DNA of 64,000 bases, taken from positions 1,268,498-1,332,497 of the forward strand of contig NW_003526944.1 of NCBI RefSeq assembly GCF_000181795.1, written 5' to 3'. The stretch comes from Trichinella spiralis. Taxonomy: Eukaryota. This document shows, in pieces, positions 39,639 to 52,812 of the stretch. Each line of letters begins with the position of its first letter. Position 1 is the stretch's first letter. The notes under the pieces are model-generated. The model ran no database searches. It was not told where the DNA came from and saw nothing but the letters and a program-made list of their open reading frames with translations. The position numbers and the translations under genes were made by a program.

Positions 39639-40735
39639 TTAATCAATAGTAGTACTAGTAGTAGTAGTAGTATTTGTCGGAAGCTGGTCACCAGGCAGCT
39701 GTTGCTTGTGCATGGATAAATGGCGTCTCAGATCGCACGTTCGGCGGAAGCCTCTCTCGCAGCCAGCTTTTGGACATGCAAACGGTTTACTGTTGCCATG
39801 AGTGAAAAGATGAGTCTTAAACAGGTTGTTTATTTGTTTTCATAAATTCGCATATTAATGCTTACTTTCAAATTGGAACGTTGATTGAAAGTTCTGTTGC
39901 ATTTCGGACATTGCAATGGTGGTCTATCCAAATGCAAAATGCGATGCACTTGCATTGTTCTCGACTGGCAAAATCCTTTGCCACAGATGTCACATTTGAA
40001 AGGTTTTTCCTTTGAATGAATATAACTACAAAAAAAATCGAAATAAATCAAAATCATACTGTAATATGAATTTCACAAATTATCTTACCGATGATCCCTG
40101 AGATGATCTTGTCGACGGAACGCTTTGCCACAAATTTCACAGCTGTACGGTCGTTCGTCTGTATGGGTTCGTTCGTGGATTAGCAGATTGTATGATTTTG
40201 TAAAACGACGTTGACAATATTTGCAAATGAATTCTTTACGTGGTCGACTGCATTTTCGTGGTCGTGTTTGCCGAGTGACTTGTCTTAATGATGATAATTT
40301 ATTTTTGTGCATTGCAATGAAAAAGTAGTATTAAATTTGAAAATATATTTACTTTGTATTAATGGTTGATTCAGGCTTGTCAAAATTTTGTCCAAGTTTG
40401 GTGAAATCGAAATTTTTCGTCGAATGAGGTGGTTGGGGTACGGTTGGTTGAAGTAGAGCTTGAGCTGGTATTGGATTGGAACGAAATGATTGGAATAATA
40501 GCGCTGCATACAACTCGAGTGGAGTAGCGGACATGATTTGTGCTGCAAATGGTACGGATGGATTGAATGGTAACCAAAATGGAATTGGAGCCGGCGTGGG
40601 TGTGATCCATGTGCTGGCTGCAGTTGCATATAGAGATGTTGAAGGTGAATGTGGTGGAGGCGATGATGATGATGAAGAAGAAGAAGAAGCAATAGTAGCT
40701 TGGTGTAAAATTGGCATGTATCGAGACAACGACAT
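39639..40735 (-). CDS. Odd-skipped family C2H2 transcription factor with five fingers (bowl/sob/Osr2-like)
   Basis: FDFTKLG motif, [84 protein letters not shown] and [14 protein letters not shown]. Four exons. The start Met is uncertain. Confidence 0.93.
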
Positions 40736-43717
40736 CTTAGTGTCTGCGTGTGTTACTGCCACAATACTAACATCGGTGGCCCATCTTTTCAATACCACAC
40801 CGTTTAGCCAATCAGAGTTCAGTATTCGACCAATCAGTGTCGACTGATAAAGCGAACAAGTGAGGTAAAATGTGGGCGATCAAGCCGGCGCCTGTTTAGC
40901 AGGAAGCTATAAATGATAAGCGCTTCTACTAAGCGCCCACTGCAGGAGCGGGTCGATCTTTGAAGTAAACAATGAAAAATAAACAATATTAGTGGAACTT
41001 TATATGTTGATGATGGCAATGATCAATTTGGAGAAGTAATTTATCTATCTTTTCGACGAGTCATGGGAGAGGTCATTTTTGGATGATTGTAATGTATGCT
41101 TATTTGGTCAGTGCGACAACGTTTGCTTAAACTTTTCAACATACCTTTTAAACTAACAGCTAATGACAAATGGCTATTTTGCTTTCTTTCTTTTTTTTTG
41201 CTTTTTCTTCATGTGTCACCAGGCAAAAGATGACGTGTCAATTTCTCAGACATTCATTTGTTTAAAAAAAACCATATTCACAGAATTGCTGTTTAATGCT
41301 AACTTCATAATTATTGTAGTAAATAATTTGGTACAAACATTTTTCAATTCTTCGAGCGAATAGTTGAAAAATGATAACAATGAATCAGATTTTATTTTAA
41401 GAAAAGTAAATTTCATTTTGCATAGAAAATTCTTTTCCCTTTTCTTCAATTTCATTGAAAAATTTGACCAATTTTTTGTCTCTACCAAGTGACATTTGCT
41501 TTCTTGATGAAAAGAATTTTTCCACAACTGTGAGCAAAAGTTCATTGAAATTCTTTTAAAATAACAAATTCAGTGATACAGAATAACTTTTTTCCCTTTG
41601 CTAAATATTTTTCATAAAATAAGGATATCCGGCATTGATCGTTGTATTGTTTTGAAGCTATTTTATGAAATTGAAAAAATCCATATGAATAATTATCTTG
41701 CTCTGCCAAATGTACATTAGGTACATACATGCGTATGTAATGCATGAATAATTATTGAAATAGTCATTCTTAGTTCTTACTACTTTAATTTTTATGAGCT
41801 AATTGCATATTAGTTGTGCATATTCATGACAATTTTGAAAGTTTTTGAATAAATTATAGCAAAAAACATCTTTACACATCAGATGTTTTTAGATACGTGT
41901 AGAGAATGTGTTATTGATATAATTTTTTAATGTTTTCACGATAAACATTACTTAAACAGTCAAAGTTGATCACTTGAATAGGATCATTTTTGTAGTGGCT
42001 TAATATTTCACTTAAATCAAGTGCAGGTTACCTGTTGACCTGAAGCGAATCGTTGCCGCAGCAAGAGATTCAACATTAACACTGCACGTTATCAGTAAGT
42101 TTCTGGGGAAAGTATTAAGTTGTGTTTGATGACGACCTGTGAGTCAGAGTTAAGCTTAGTCAAGAATCGTTTAATCGCCCTTTACCTGGACAAACTGAAA
42201 CTCACTGCGGGAATATACTTGGGCCGAACTATTCCATTAAATTTCCTTTTCAAGCCACCTTACTGATAAGCAGCGCAAACTGATATGGAAATTGTTCAAA
42301 CTGAAGAAATCCACTCACAGCGACCGAATTTCAACAATTTTATCTATCACAAGCTAAAAGTAAACCAAACGAAAAAAGGACAGCATTTATTTAAATGTCT
42401 TTAAAATGTCGATGCTGAAAACTTTGTCACTTGGTAAATTATCACGCTTGAATGATTCAACAATTAACAATCGTCAGTTCACCATTTTCTACACCAGACA
42501 ATACGTGATTTTTTTTTCTCACTGAATCAATTTTTATAATACTGATTTTTCAGTTTGTTTTGAATAAGTTTTTTTATTCATTTTGTCATCGTTTTGCAGT
42601 TTGTTCAAACCAAATAGATGTTTATTGTTATTTAATTTATGATCAATTTGACATTATGCACACTTTCAGACTATTTTATTAGTTTTACGACAAATTTATC
42701 AAAAATATCTTGAAAATTTCAAAATAAAACGCTAAAATATTATTCCTGAAAGCAGTTTTTTTGTTTCGCATTACTTTTGTTCTTTACATCTTTATTCATA
42801 CGGTACTCACGTACATTACCAGTTGCAGTTATAATTCTAATATATTATTTAGTTATTTGATAGTTTTTTAGCTATTAATACATTTTGTCTTTTCGATTAA
42901 CTGCATTAATTTAATGACTTTTTTATATTTCGAATTGTATAATCTGTTTGTATTTGTCTTTATGAAGTGCAAAGGTAATGGAATTAACCAACATTCAAAA
43001 ATCAAAGTGTAACTGTCAGTTAATATTACAATAATAATAATTCTAAAAAAGTAGTCGGTTTTGGCTTTGTTAATGTTTCACGAAATGTTACAGCGGAGAT
43101 GAATATGATTTTTTTAGGTGGAAATTATTTTTTTAATTAAAAAATCTTCGTAAACTTAATTTTTTTAATAAAATTTATTCGTATTGTACTACTTCAATAA
43201 TATTTGCTATTCGCAAATGCTGCAAACGTCAAAACTACAAAATTTAAATTCTATTTTTGCACCGTACTCGTAGTATGCTCTACACAAGCGACAAGATTAC
43301 TTATGATTTATAAAATTTGGTAATTAAAAGTCCAATTAAATCTTGTACAAAACAAAGCATTGGAAATTGGAATAGTTAAAGCAAAGCCATCAGTAGTCAT
43401 TTTCCAGCTTACTGTATTTACCGTATAACGTTACTTGTAGTAAAGTATTTTTAAAATGTTTTATTAAAAAAATATATATATTTAAATTATAAATTCATCA
43501 TTATTAAATATTTTAAAAACACATAAGCTATTAAAAAGACGGTTTCTTTCTTTTTTTAAAAATGATACTTAACAATTATGAAGTAATTGAATTATTGCAT
43601 TATAAATGTAAAATAAAAGAAACCTATTCTTTGTATGGAAAATTAATATGCACCATAATTTTGCGATATTAATACCTTTAAGTCAAAATTTACAGTATTC
43701 TAAGGCAAATTTAACTG

Positions 43718-43977
43718 ATGGAACCTGCGAATGGCTATAATGGCTATGTAAAGCGATTTGCTGCAGAACGAAATTTTGTTTCACCGAAAATGACTGATAA
43801 TATGGAAACTGAAGATGAATTTCTACCTGATACCGTCGCCGTGCTCGATTGTGGAGCACAATATGGAAAGGTTGTCAATTATTTTAATGTTGACCTGTAA
43901 GCTTATGCAAAGACTTGGTTTTTCAGGTTATTGAACGTAGAATTACTGAATTATGCGTTCGAACGAAAATGTTTGCC
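43718..43977 (+). CDS. gmps-1: GMP synthase 5' exons (truncated by gap)
   Basis: DTVAVLDCGAQYGK|VIERRITEL is the GATase N-terminus. It runs into the N gap at 43978-43987. Confidence 0.88.
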
Positions 43978-44273
43978 NNNNNNNNNNTGATGACCTCTAA
44001 TGATGATGCCTGTTACGTGCGTAATTGCTCATGAGCTTATGCATATAACCAGCTCACAAGACAATCTGTGTGCACACTGTGACGTTGGCGTACCAGTGAC
44101 AATCTAATGTCATCTGGTCGTTCACGTCTATTTTATTTTTTTCCAAATATATTTGTCTTTTTCCTTTACTCTTGCTATTAATAAGTGGTAAAATTTGCTT
44201 ATTAAAACTGAATATCAAATTCTGAATAAATTTCATACAACGCTACTTCTGTTGTGCATCAAACAATTCTCGT

Positions 44274-46877
44274 ATGGCCACATATAGTACATTTGGTCTT
44301 TTTTTCGTTGTATTTTTGTCATGTTTAAATACGGCAAAGTGTAAGTAATGATATTACAATTATAACTATTATATGAATAATTGTTCTCCACTGATATTGA
44401 CAATGTTTTTCATGAAACTTATATTCCTATAAGCAGATTTCATTTTCAATGAGCAAATCGTGTTCAGTAACAGCAGTTGTAATAATTAATAAATTACAAA
44501 TCATGTACATTTGGATGCAACATGAATTTAACCAACTTCAGTAGACGTTAAAGACTAATTTTAATCTTCCGCAGCTGTTGGTTGCATCACTTCTTTGGCC
44601 ATAAATTTTCATAAATAAAGTTACAACAATAAAGCAAACAATAAAAATGCTACCAAATAAATATCTTAAAATTTGAAAAAAAAGAATTCAGATTATAGTT
44701 AGTTTTATTACGGATTAAATTGGTTACTTATTGAAAAATTAAAATAATTCAATGCTACTGAATTTACAATATGATAATTGATGATGATGAATGATTTACT
44801 TTAGCTTATGAATGCCGGGGCAAAAGCATCTTCGTAATCAATGCAGGCACATACAGTAGTGGAGCAATATTGAGAATAAGTGCAGCTAATTCACTCGATG
44901 ACTGCATACATTTATGCAACAGTATGGCTAATCAGTGCCGAGCGATTAGTTTAACACATCAAAATACAAATCGACCTCCGCTGTGCACACTTTTTGAAGC
45001 ACTTAACAAAGACTACCCGTGGAATGAACAAATGAACAGAAATTCAAGCTCTCTTTATTCTGCCGAAAAGCTTTGCTTGCCGATTCGTCAAACAAGTTAA
45101 TATTGAATTGAAACAAAATATCTTGTGAATATGAATTACGATGACGATATGTTTGTGTATTTTCTAGCAAACGCATTCGCTGATTGTGAAGGCAGTTGGC
45201 ATTTTCAACGAATAGCCAACAAGCAAGCCATCGGCTCATCACTGTTCAACATCAACATGCTAACTGGATATTCTGCGGAAGAATGCCTAGCCGAATGTAT
45301 AAAGTTGAATCACATCTGCAGAGCGGTTCAATACCACAAACCGACCAAACAGTGCTCTCTGCTTTCGATCAACCACCAAGTGGTGCACAAAGCAAATCGT
45401 TTTTTCACCGATGCCCATCAAACGACCATTTATGAAAATAGCTGCTTCAAGCCAGGCAAATGTTGCACTTGTAAATTTTGCATATTCATTATTGTTTTGT
45501 TATTTTAAATTTCAGGAGTTCCACGAAATCGAGTGACTTGTCAATTTGAAGAAACAACTCACTATGGAATTCCAATTTTGTACGACGAACGAACACCAAA
45601 CACAGAAAGCACTGAACAATGCAAAAAGCTTTGCTTAACTTCGAAAAAACATCTATGCTCTGCTTACATGTTCAATCCGAGACTGAAAGTTTGTCACTTG
45701 AGCCATACTGGAGTGGATTTAGAACCGCAACAACAACAACAACAGTTGTTCCATCACACAAATGTTTATGATAATGTAGTGTTGGGTCGTTTGGAGAATT
45801 GCATCGAACGTGAGCATCAATTTTGCAGCTGGATAAATTGAATTTCAAATTTTAAATTTTAGTAAAAATGACTTGCAAATTAAAGTCGATGCACATTTAC
45901 ATGACAAGTTTGAAAATGATCGACGAAGGCAAGCTGTACTCGTTGCAAGAGTCCAGCAAGAACAGCAAAACAACGCTGAGAAATTCTTGGACCGCGTCCT
46001 TAGAAATACCCTACGAAAAATGCGCCACAGACAACAACGATTCGGTCAGCTGGAATAGACTGCACAAATAGAAATCAACCTATCACGTGAATAAAATATT
46101 CCTACTATTTCAGCAAAGCAAAACTTATCAGAACATGGTCGCGTTCAGCAGAACCTACGAAACAGGGGAAAATCACAAATACGACCGAAGAGTGAATTTG
46201 ATGTGCAAATCCAACGCACAAGAAGAAAATTCAAAATTGAACGTCAAACTACGCGTACTGGCGCCGCCCAATCCACTGTCAGATAGAGATTTTCCTTTTT
46301 CTTTACAAATTATATTTTAATGTTCATTTTTTTCGTTCAGAAATGATCAGAAAATTTTCAACATCAAAGGAAAAAATGTGAATGAAAATACGCATCCGTT
46401 CAAACTTACCATCGTTGACAAAAATTACAGACCAGTAAAGAACGTTCAAGCTGGTGACACTGGATATCTGGAGGTGGAATACAATTCTGACGGGGGTGAT
46501 TTTGGAAAAATACGAATTTGTCAAATTGTGAATAAAACTTTTCACCAATTCTAGCTCACCGAATTCCGGACGACTTTCGCATTGTCGACTTCATCGCAAC
46601 TGACCTGCGGGAAGGCAACGATCTAATTCTCTTCAACCAACACGGGTAAAGCAAACAAGCAAAAGCAAATATAGAAAAGATAATTATGCAAAATATACAT
46701 TTCAGATGCAACATTCAACCGAGTCTCGTGGGCAAATTTGTCCCCGTCAACAAGCAAACGAAAAGATCAAGAATAGTATTTTTCGCTTTTCCTGAAACGA
46801 AACGCGTTTATTACAAAGGACACGTCGAAGCTTGTTACGAAAACTGCAACCAGTGGGTTAGTGGACAAAACATAATT

Positions 46878-46912
<35 letters not shown>

Positions 46913-47195
46913 TTGGTAATGTAGCACGAGAGTCGATTGTTCATGTTGCAGGAAAACGATTGCCGACACAACAACGAGCAGAAGATAAATTCGTCCAGAA
47001 AAGAGAAACGAGACGTTGAAATTTTCAAAATAAGCTCTTCAGCTGAAAATGCGAACTACTCAACATCCGGTATGGCAAAGCGATTGCAACATTAAATTTG
47101 CCAAAAAAAATATAAGAAAAATTATACACCTACCAAGGGTTCTGTACTTGGTTTTCTTTTAAATTACAGTAAACACACGAAGAACCAAGAACTGA
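44274..47195 (+). CDS. Secreted PAN/Apple x3 + ZP domain cuticlin-like protein
   Basis: Signal peptide MATYSTFGLFFVVFLSC and three PAN repeats (DCIHLC..CRAI, ECLAEC..CRAVQY, QCKKLC..CSAYMF). ZP-like segments (LEIPYEKC, VNLMC, FFAFPETKRVYYKGHVEAC) are followed by a basic cleavage cluster RKEKR. The 3' end is uncertain (47195 to ~47360). Confidence 0.82.
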
Positions 47196-47875
47196 TTCTG
47201 AAGTCGAATTAATCCGATTTGTAAATAAAAAAAACAATAAAATTAAAATAAATAAACTAGACTTTTCTTTGATCATCATTATCATTATCATCATCAGTGT
47301 CGTCGTTGAAGAGGCAACCTCCCAACAAAGTTCAGTCGGTCCATTAATCGGGTCCAATTGAAACAATACCAATTATCACGATGGTAAAGTTTCATTGAAT
47401 AAAAAGCTTCATTGAATTAAATTAAATTAACGAGTGATTGATTGAACGGTGATGTAAAACACGACAGAATACATGATTGGATAGTTTGAAAAAGAAAATA
47501 AATCGGCAACANNNNNNNNNNTAATTGTTAATTTCTTTTTTTTCTTTTAAAAATTTTCAAATAATATATCAGTTTATATTTCAGAATATACAATATTGCA
47601 GTTAAATTTTTATTGTGCAATGATAAAAGATAAAATTATTTGTAATTAATTTTATTCACGACAGTCATTACCTTTGTAATGAAGCGGTTGTTATTTTTAC
47701 AGAATATTTTATTTTTGCTTTGCACTGAATTGTAAAATTAAATTACTAATTAGTTTTAAATTAATTTTATTAAGAACATTAAATTTTCAATTTAATTGGA
47801 AAACAAGTTAATTGCTTTTTTATTCTTTGCTTTAATTAATTTCAATAAAGTTTGTTGTTGTTTTTCATTATCAGA

Positions 47876-49784
47876 TATTGTGCAGTGGTGGAGTTGATTC
47901 TACTGTTTGTGCTGTACTTTTGCGAAAAGCTCTTGGTAAATCGAAAGTGATACCAGTATTTATTGACAATGGGTTTTTGCGTAAAAATGAGGCAACTGAA
48001 GTGGTAGAAATGCTAAAATCGCTGGATTTTGATGTGAAATGTTCGTATTGTTTGTACAGTTGCGTTTGTCGTTTTATTTAATTTAATTGTTTGCAGCATT
48101 TAACAAATCCAGAGAGTTTATCCATTCTACATTACCAATTCACGATAAATTGCTTGGCGCGTTCGAAGATGCAATGCTGTGCCGTACTTGTAATCCTGAA
48201 ATGAAGCGGCGCATCATTGGCGATACATTTATGCGTGTAAATATGTTTTTTTTAAAACAAAAGGTGAAGTCGAAATTTTTGCATAAATGTTGTTGTTAGA
48301 TGATTAAATATATCGCGCGACAGCTGAAATTGAACATGAAAGAAGTCTACTTAGCCCAAGGTACTTTGCGTCCAGATTTGATAGAAAGTGCCAGCCAGTT
48401 GGTTAGTTCTCATGCGGACACGATAAAGACTCATCACAATGATACGAGTCTTGTTCGTGCATTGCGTGCGTGTGGTCGTATAATCGAACCGTTGAAAGAT
48501 TTTCACAAAGATGAAGTTCGAGCTTTGGCCAGAGATTTGAATTTACCCGATTATGTGATCAATCGACATCCATTTCCAGGTTCGCATACATATATGTATA
48601 ATATATTTTGTAATTTTGTATTTGATTTTGGACAATTTTGATTGTAGGTCCTGGACTTGCGGTACGAATTTTGTGTCGGACCAGTGATATACAGCTACCG
48701 ATGCAGTTCGTCGAAACGCAAAACTTGTTGAACAAACTTGTAAATTTGAGCGCGTGTCAAGAATCCGTGAGGAATTATAAATTCAAAAAGTCATATTTGT
48801 TGTTATAATTGATTTATTTTCCCCATCAGGATCCGCACGCGTTTGCTGAAATCAAAAATCGTCTAGCTGGTCCTGATTTTGAAGATCTGATGGACATGTC
48901 CGAGAGTTTGGATGTGAACGCGTTGTTGCTTCCACTACTCAGCGTTGGTGTTCAAGTCTGTTGTTGTTTTTTTTTTGAAATTCAAATATAGCTTGTTATG
49001 ATCAGAAAGCAACTACTTTGCAGGGTGATCAGAGAACGTATACAATGGCAGCGGCAATAACAACGCACCACCTTCCAGTTCCGTGGGATTGTCTGTTCAG
49101 TTTGGCTCGTATTATTGTGCGAGTTGTACCACGGGTCAATCGGTAGGCTATATTTCTTTCTAATAACATTATGGGATTAATAATAAATGCTAATGTGTTT
49201 TTGTTGATTTTGATTTTTATACTCTTGTAGATTGGTGTTCGTGTTTGGAAAATTGGTCAAAGAAGGCGTTCAAAATTTCACACCAACACTGTTGACATCT
49301 TACGTGATTGACGTTGCTAGAGAGGTGGATAGTTTGGCTCATGGAGTGCTCAAGAAGAACAATCTGATGAATGCCGTTAGTCAAGTAATATGTAGATTTT
49401 GTTTTATAAGAAAAAGAAATTTTTCAAACCAAAATTATTATAATTTTGTAAATTAGATGCCAGTAATTTTACTTCCCCTTCATTTTGATCGACCTTCGGG
49501 AAGCAATGATCATCCTAGTGTTCGTTGGTCGGTTGTACTTCGACCTGTGGTTACTCAAGACTTTATGACAGCAGTTCCAGCCGAACCTGGAAAACATTTG
49601 CCTATATCTGTATTTTTTTACGATTCTTAAATTTTAATATTTATTTTTCTCTTGCAATCTTCTGTTTGTTATTTTTCAGGTTGTAAACGAGATGGTATCT
49701 ACAATTGAAAACAGTTTGCCTTGCATCTCTCGTGTACTTTACGATTTGACGCCAAAGCCACCAGGAACAATTGAATGGGAATAA
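47876..49784 (+). CDS. gmps-1: GMP synthase ATPPase and C-terminal exons
   Basis: [62 protein letters not shown] and [14 protein letters not shown]. Confidence 0.96.
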
Positions 49785-52304
49785 TGACAATAACAATCAC
49801 CATATAACTGACAAACAAAAAATTATATATATATTATTCATGTACATTCATCATTCGAAGAGTTTTTTCGTATCAAATTTATTTATTGTCTGAAAGAAGA
49901 ACAATATTTTTTTTAAAAAATTATTTGGATCCCATTTTACCCGGGATTATTATTATCATCACTTAGCCTAAGCTGCGCATTATGTACAAATGATGAAGTA
50001 AAATTGTCTGGAAATAAATGTTGTTGTTGAAATTGTGTGGTTTTTTTTCCTCCTCTCTTTACACGTTTCTGTATTCGCAATGATCTATTTTTATCAATTT
50101 GATATATATTTTTAATAAATTATTATTTGTTATATTTCTGTATTTTATTATTATTATTTTCAACAGATAACAAAACGATGGATAGAAATGAATTTTGAAG
50201 TTGATTATCAGTCACGTTTCTGACGTTGATGCAAATGGTCGTACAGTAACGTGAAGTTGAAAAAAAAAGAAAAGAACATTTCGTCTGACAACGACAAAAA
50301 TGTGAAAAACAACAGGTAAGCATTTGTTGAATTATTATTATTATTATTATTATTATGGTTTTGATTCCATTTGTGCTTAAATTGTAATATTTCTTTTTTT
50401 TTGCATGCTAATTTTACAATTTGCCCATGATTGAACGAGATGCACATGGAAAAAATTAGACGCGTAAAACGAACCAAAAACATTTTCTCCTCTGCAGTAC
50501 TAGTTTTTGTTGTTGTTCTCGGTGGTGGTGGTGTCTCGATAGTAAAATGTTGCAAACGTACTTTATGCAGATTTTTTTTCCAATGACGATAAATGAGAGA
50601 AAAAGTTATTTATTTTTGAAGTTGAAATAGTTTTTTCTTTTGATTGTTTGTGATTTAATATTAATATTATTAACAGTAACTTCAAAAAAAAAGTTGTTGG
50701 ATTGATTTGAATTTATTCTTTTTAACGAAAAGGATCAAATTGATCTCGCGGATTGGTCGGTTTGTGTTGTGGTGGTGAAATTTGGAAAATGTCAATTGTT
50801 GTTAATTTGTTAAACGAAATTCGAATGCCTCGTGTGTTTTTCACCGTTTCAAAAATAGATTTAACAGTGAAAGCGAATGATAATAATAGAAATAATTATA
50901 ATTATACAAATAAGCAGCAATGTCAGCGCGAGTCACTTTTGAGAATTGGCCAAAAATACTTAATGCAACAATAATGAATAATGCAAATTTAATTCAATCT
51001 TGTTGATGATAATCGGTGCTGGTTGGTTGGTGGGAGCAATTTAATTTCATTTTATATATGCGATGCTTCTTCTTCTTCTTCTTGGAATGTTGTTTTTTAT
51101 TCTATTTTATTTTGACTATTATGATTATTGATTTTCCAATTTATAATCTATTTTAAAACAATTGAATTTCGACAATAATGTAATTGTCGACAATTTTCCA
51201 TTGGCACCACGCGCACACCTTGGCTCAGCCATTATTCATTTTATATTGAATTTCTCTTTTGCCCAACAATTCGAATAAATAATTTCTTTTCTAAGAATAT
51301 TTTCAATACACGTCGAGAGCATGATTTTATTTTTCACTTTCGACCTTATCTCAATTGCGTGCTCTTCTTGTTCGATCTCCCCCCCCCCACCAAATTGTGG
51401 CCTATTTTTCACGACGTACAAAATTTGCATATTTTTTTTGATCCAACAAACAATGAACAATTTTCACTTCATCATTTTCCATTGATAAACTGTTATTGGA
51501 AACGATATTTCGGGGGGTTTATAAGTATAATACGACTTTTTTCTGTGAACATTGAAACGCGTAAAACGAACGAAAAAAAAACCGCATTTTTCTTATTCAT
51601 CTACAGTATCGGTTTTTGTTTTGTTTTGTTTGTTGTTGTTAATGGAATTTTTTGATTTGAAATTTTTCCTTTTCTACTTTTGACCTTGTTGACCTTTTTT
51701 GACCCAAGTGGTCTGAAATATAAAGAATCAAATTTGCATATTTCCATTGTTTGCTTTGCAAGAGGGCAGTGGGCAAATGTAAATTACTTATAACCTGTTC
51801 ACAGCACCTTTAAATGCTTAATTACGAAATTGAAGCCTCTCATCGGATGATCGATTTGTTCGGGGACAAAATTTCCCTATTACAATCAATGCACGAACAG
51901 TTGGATGGAGATGGATAAAAAGAGATGAAACAACTGAACTGTTGTTGTTTATTTTTATTTTTTATTAATTAGCTATATGTATATTTTTTTAATTTTCACC
52001 TATTGTTATTAGTTTATAGCTATTTGAAAAAGTGATGCATTTTATTTTTTTTTTGTAAATTGCATCGGTAGCATATTTTTGTCAATTTTTTTTCAAATTT
52101 GTCCAAATCAACTTTAAAAAAGATTATTAGTTTATTATTATTATTATGGTGATTTGATTTCAGTTGGTCCAGAAAATTTGATTTTTGCAAATTTTTTAAA
52201 GTTCACTTTCAATTTGAATAGAATTGTAAAAAAAAGAAAACTATTTTCCCCTAATTTTTGAAAATTATTATTTCCTAGTGTGAAAAAGGCGAAANNNNNN
52301 NNNN

Positions 52305-52778
52305 TTGGTTATTTTTGCAGGTTGTAAACGAGATGGTATCTACAATGAAAACAGTTGCTGCATCTCTCGTGTACTTACGATTTGACGCCAAAGCCACCAG
52401 GAACAATTGAATGGGAATAATGACAATAACAATCACCATATAACTGACAAAGAAAAAATTATTTATATTATTCATGTACATTCATCATTCGAAGAGTTTT
52501 TTCGTATCAAATTTATTTATTGTCTGAAAGAAGAACAATATTTTTTTTAAAAAAATTATTTGGATCCCATTTTACCCGGGATTATTATTATCATCACTTA
52601 GCCTAAGCTGCGCATTATGTACAAATGATGAAGTAAAATTGTCTGGAAATAAATGTTGTTGTTGAAATTGTGTGGTTTTTTTTCCTCCTCTCTTTTACAC
52701 GTTTCTGTATTCGCAATGATCTATTTTTATCAATTTGATATATATTTTTAATAAATTATTATTTGTTATATTTCTGTA

Positions 52779-52812
<34 letters not shown>

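Noticed and set aside
52320..52420. GMPS last-exon pseudogene
   Set aside because: The indels sit next to a gap and look like low-quality read end sequence in a duplicated contig.
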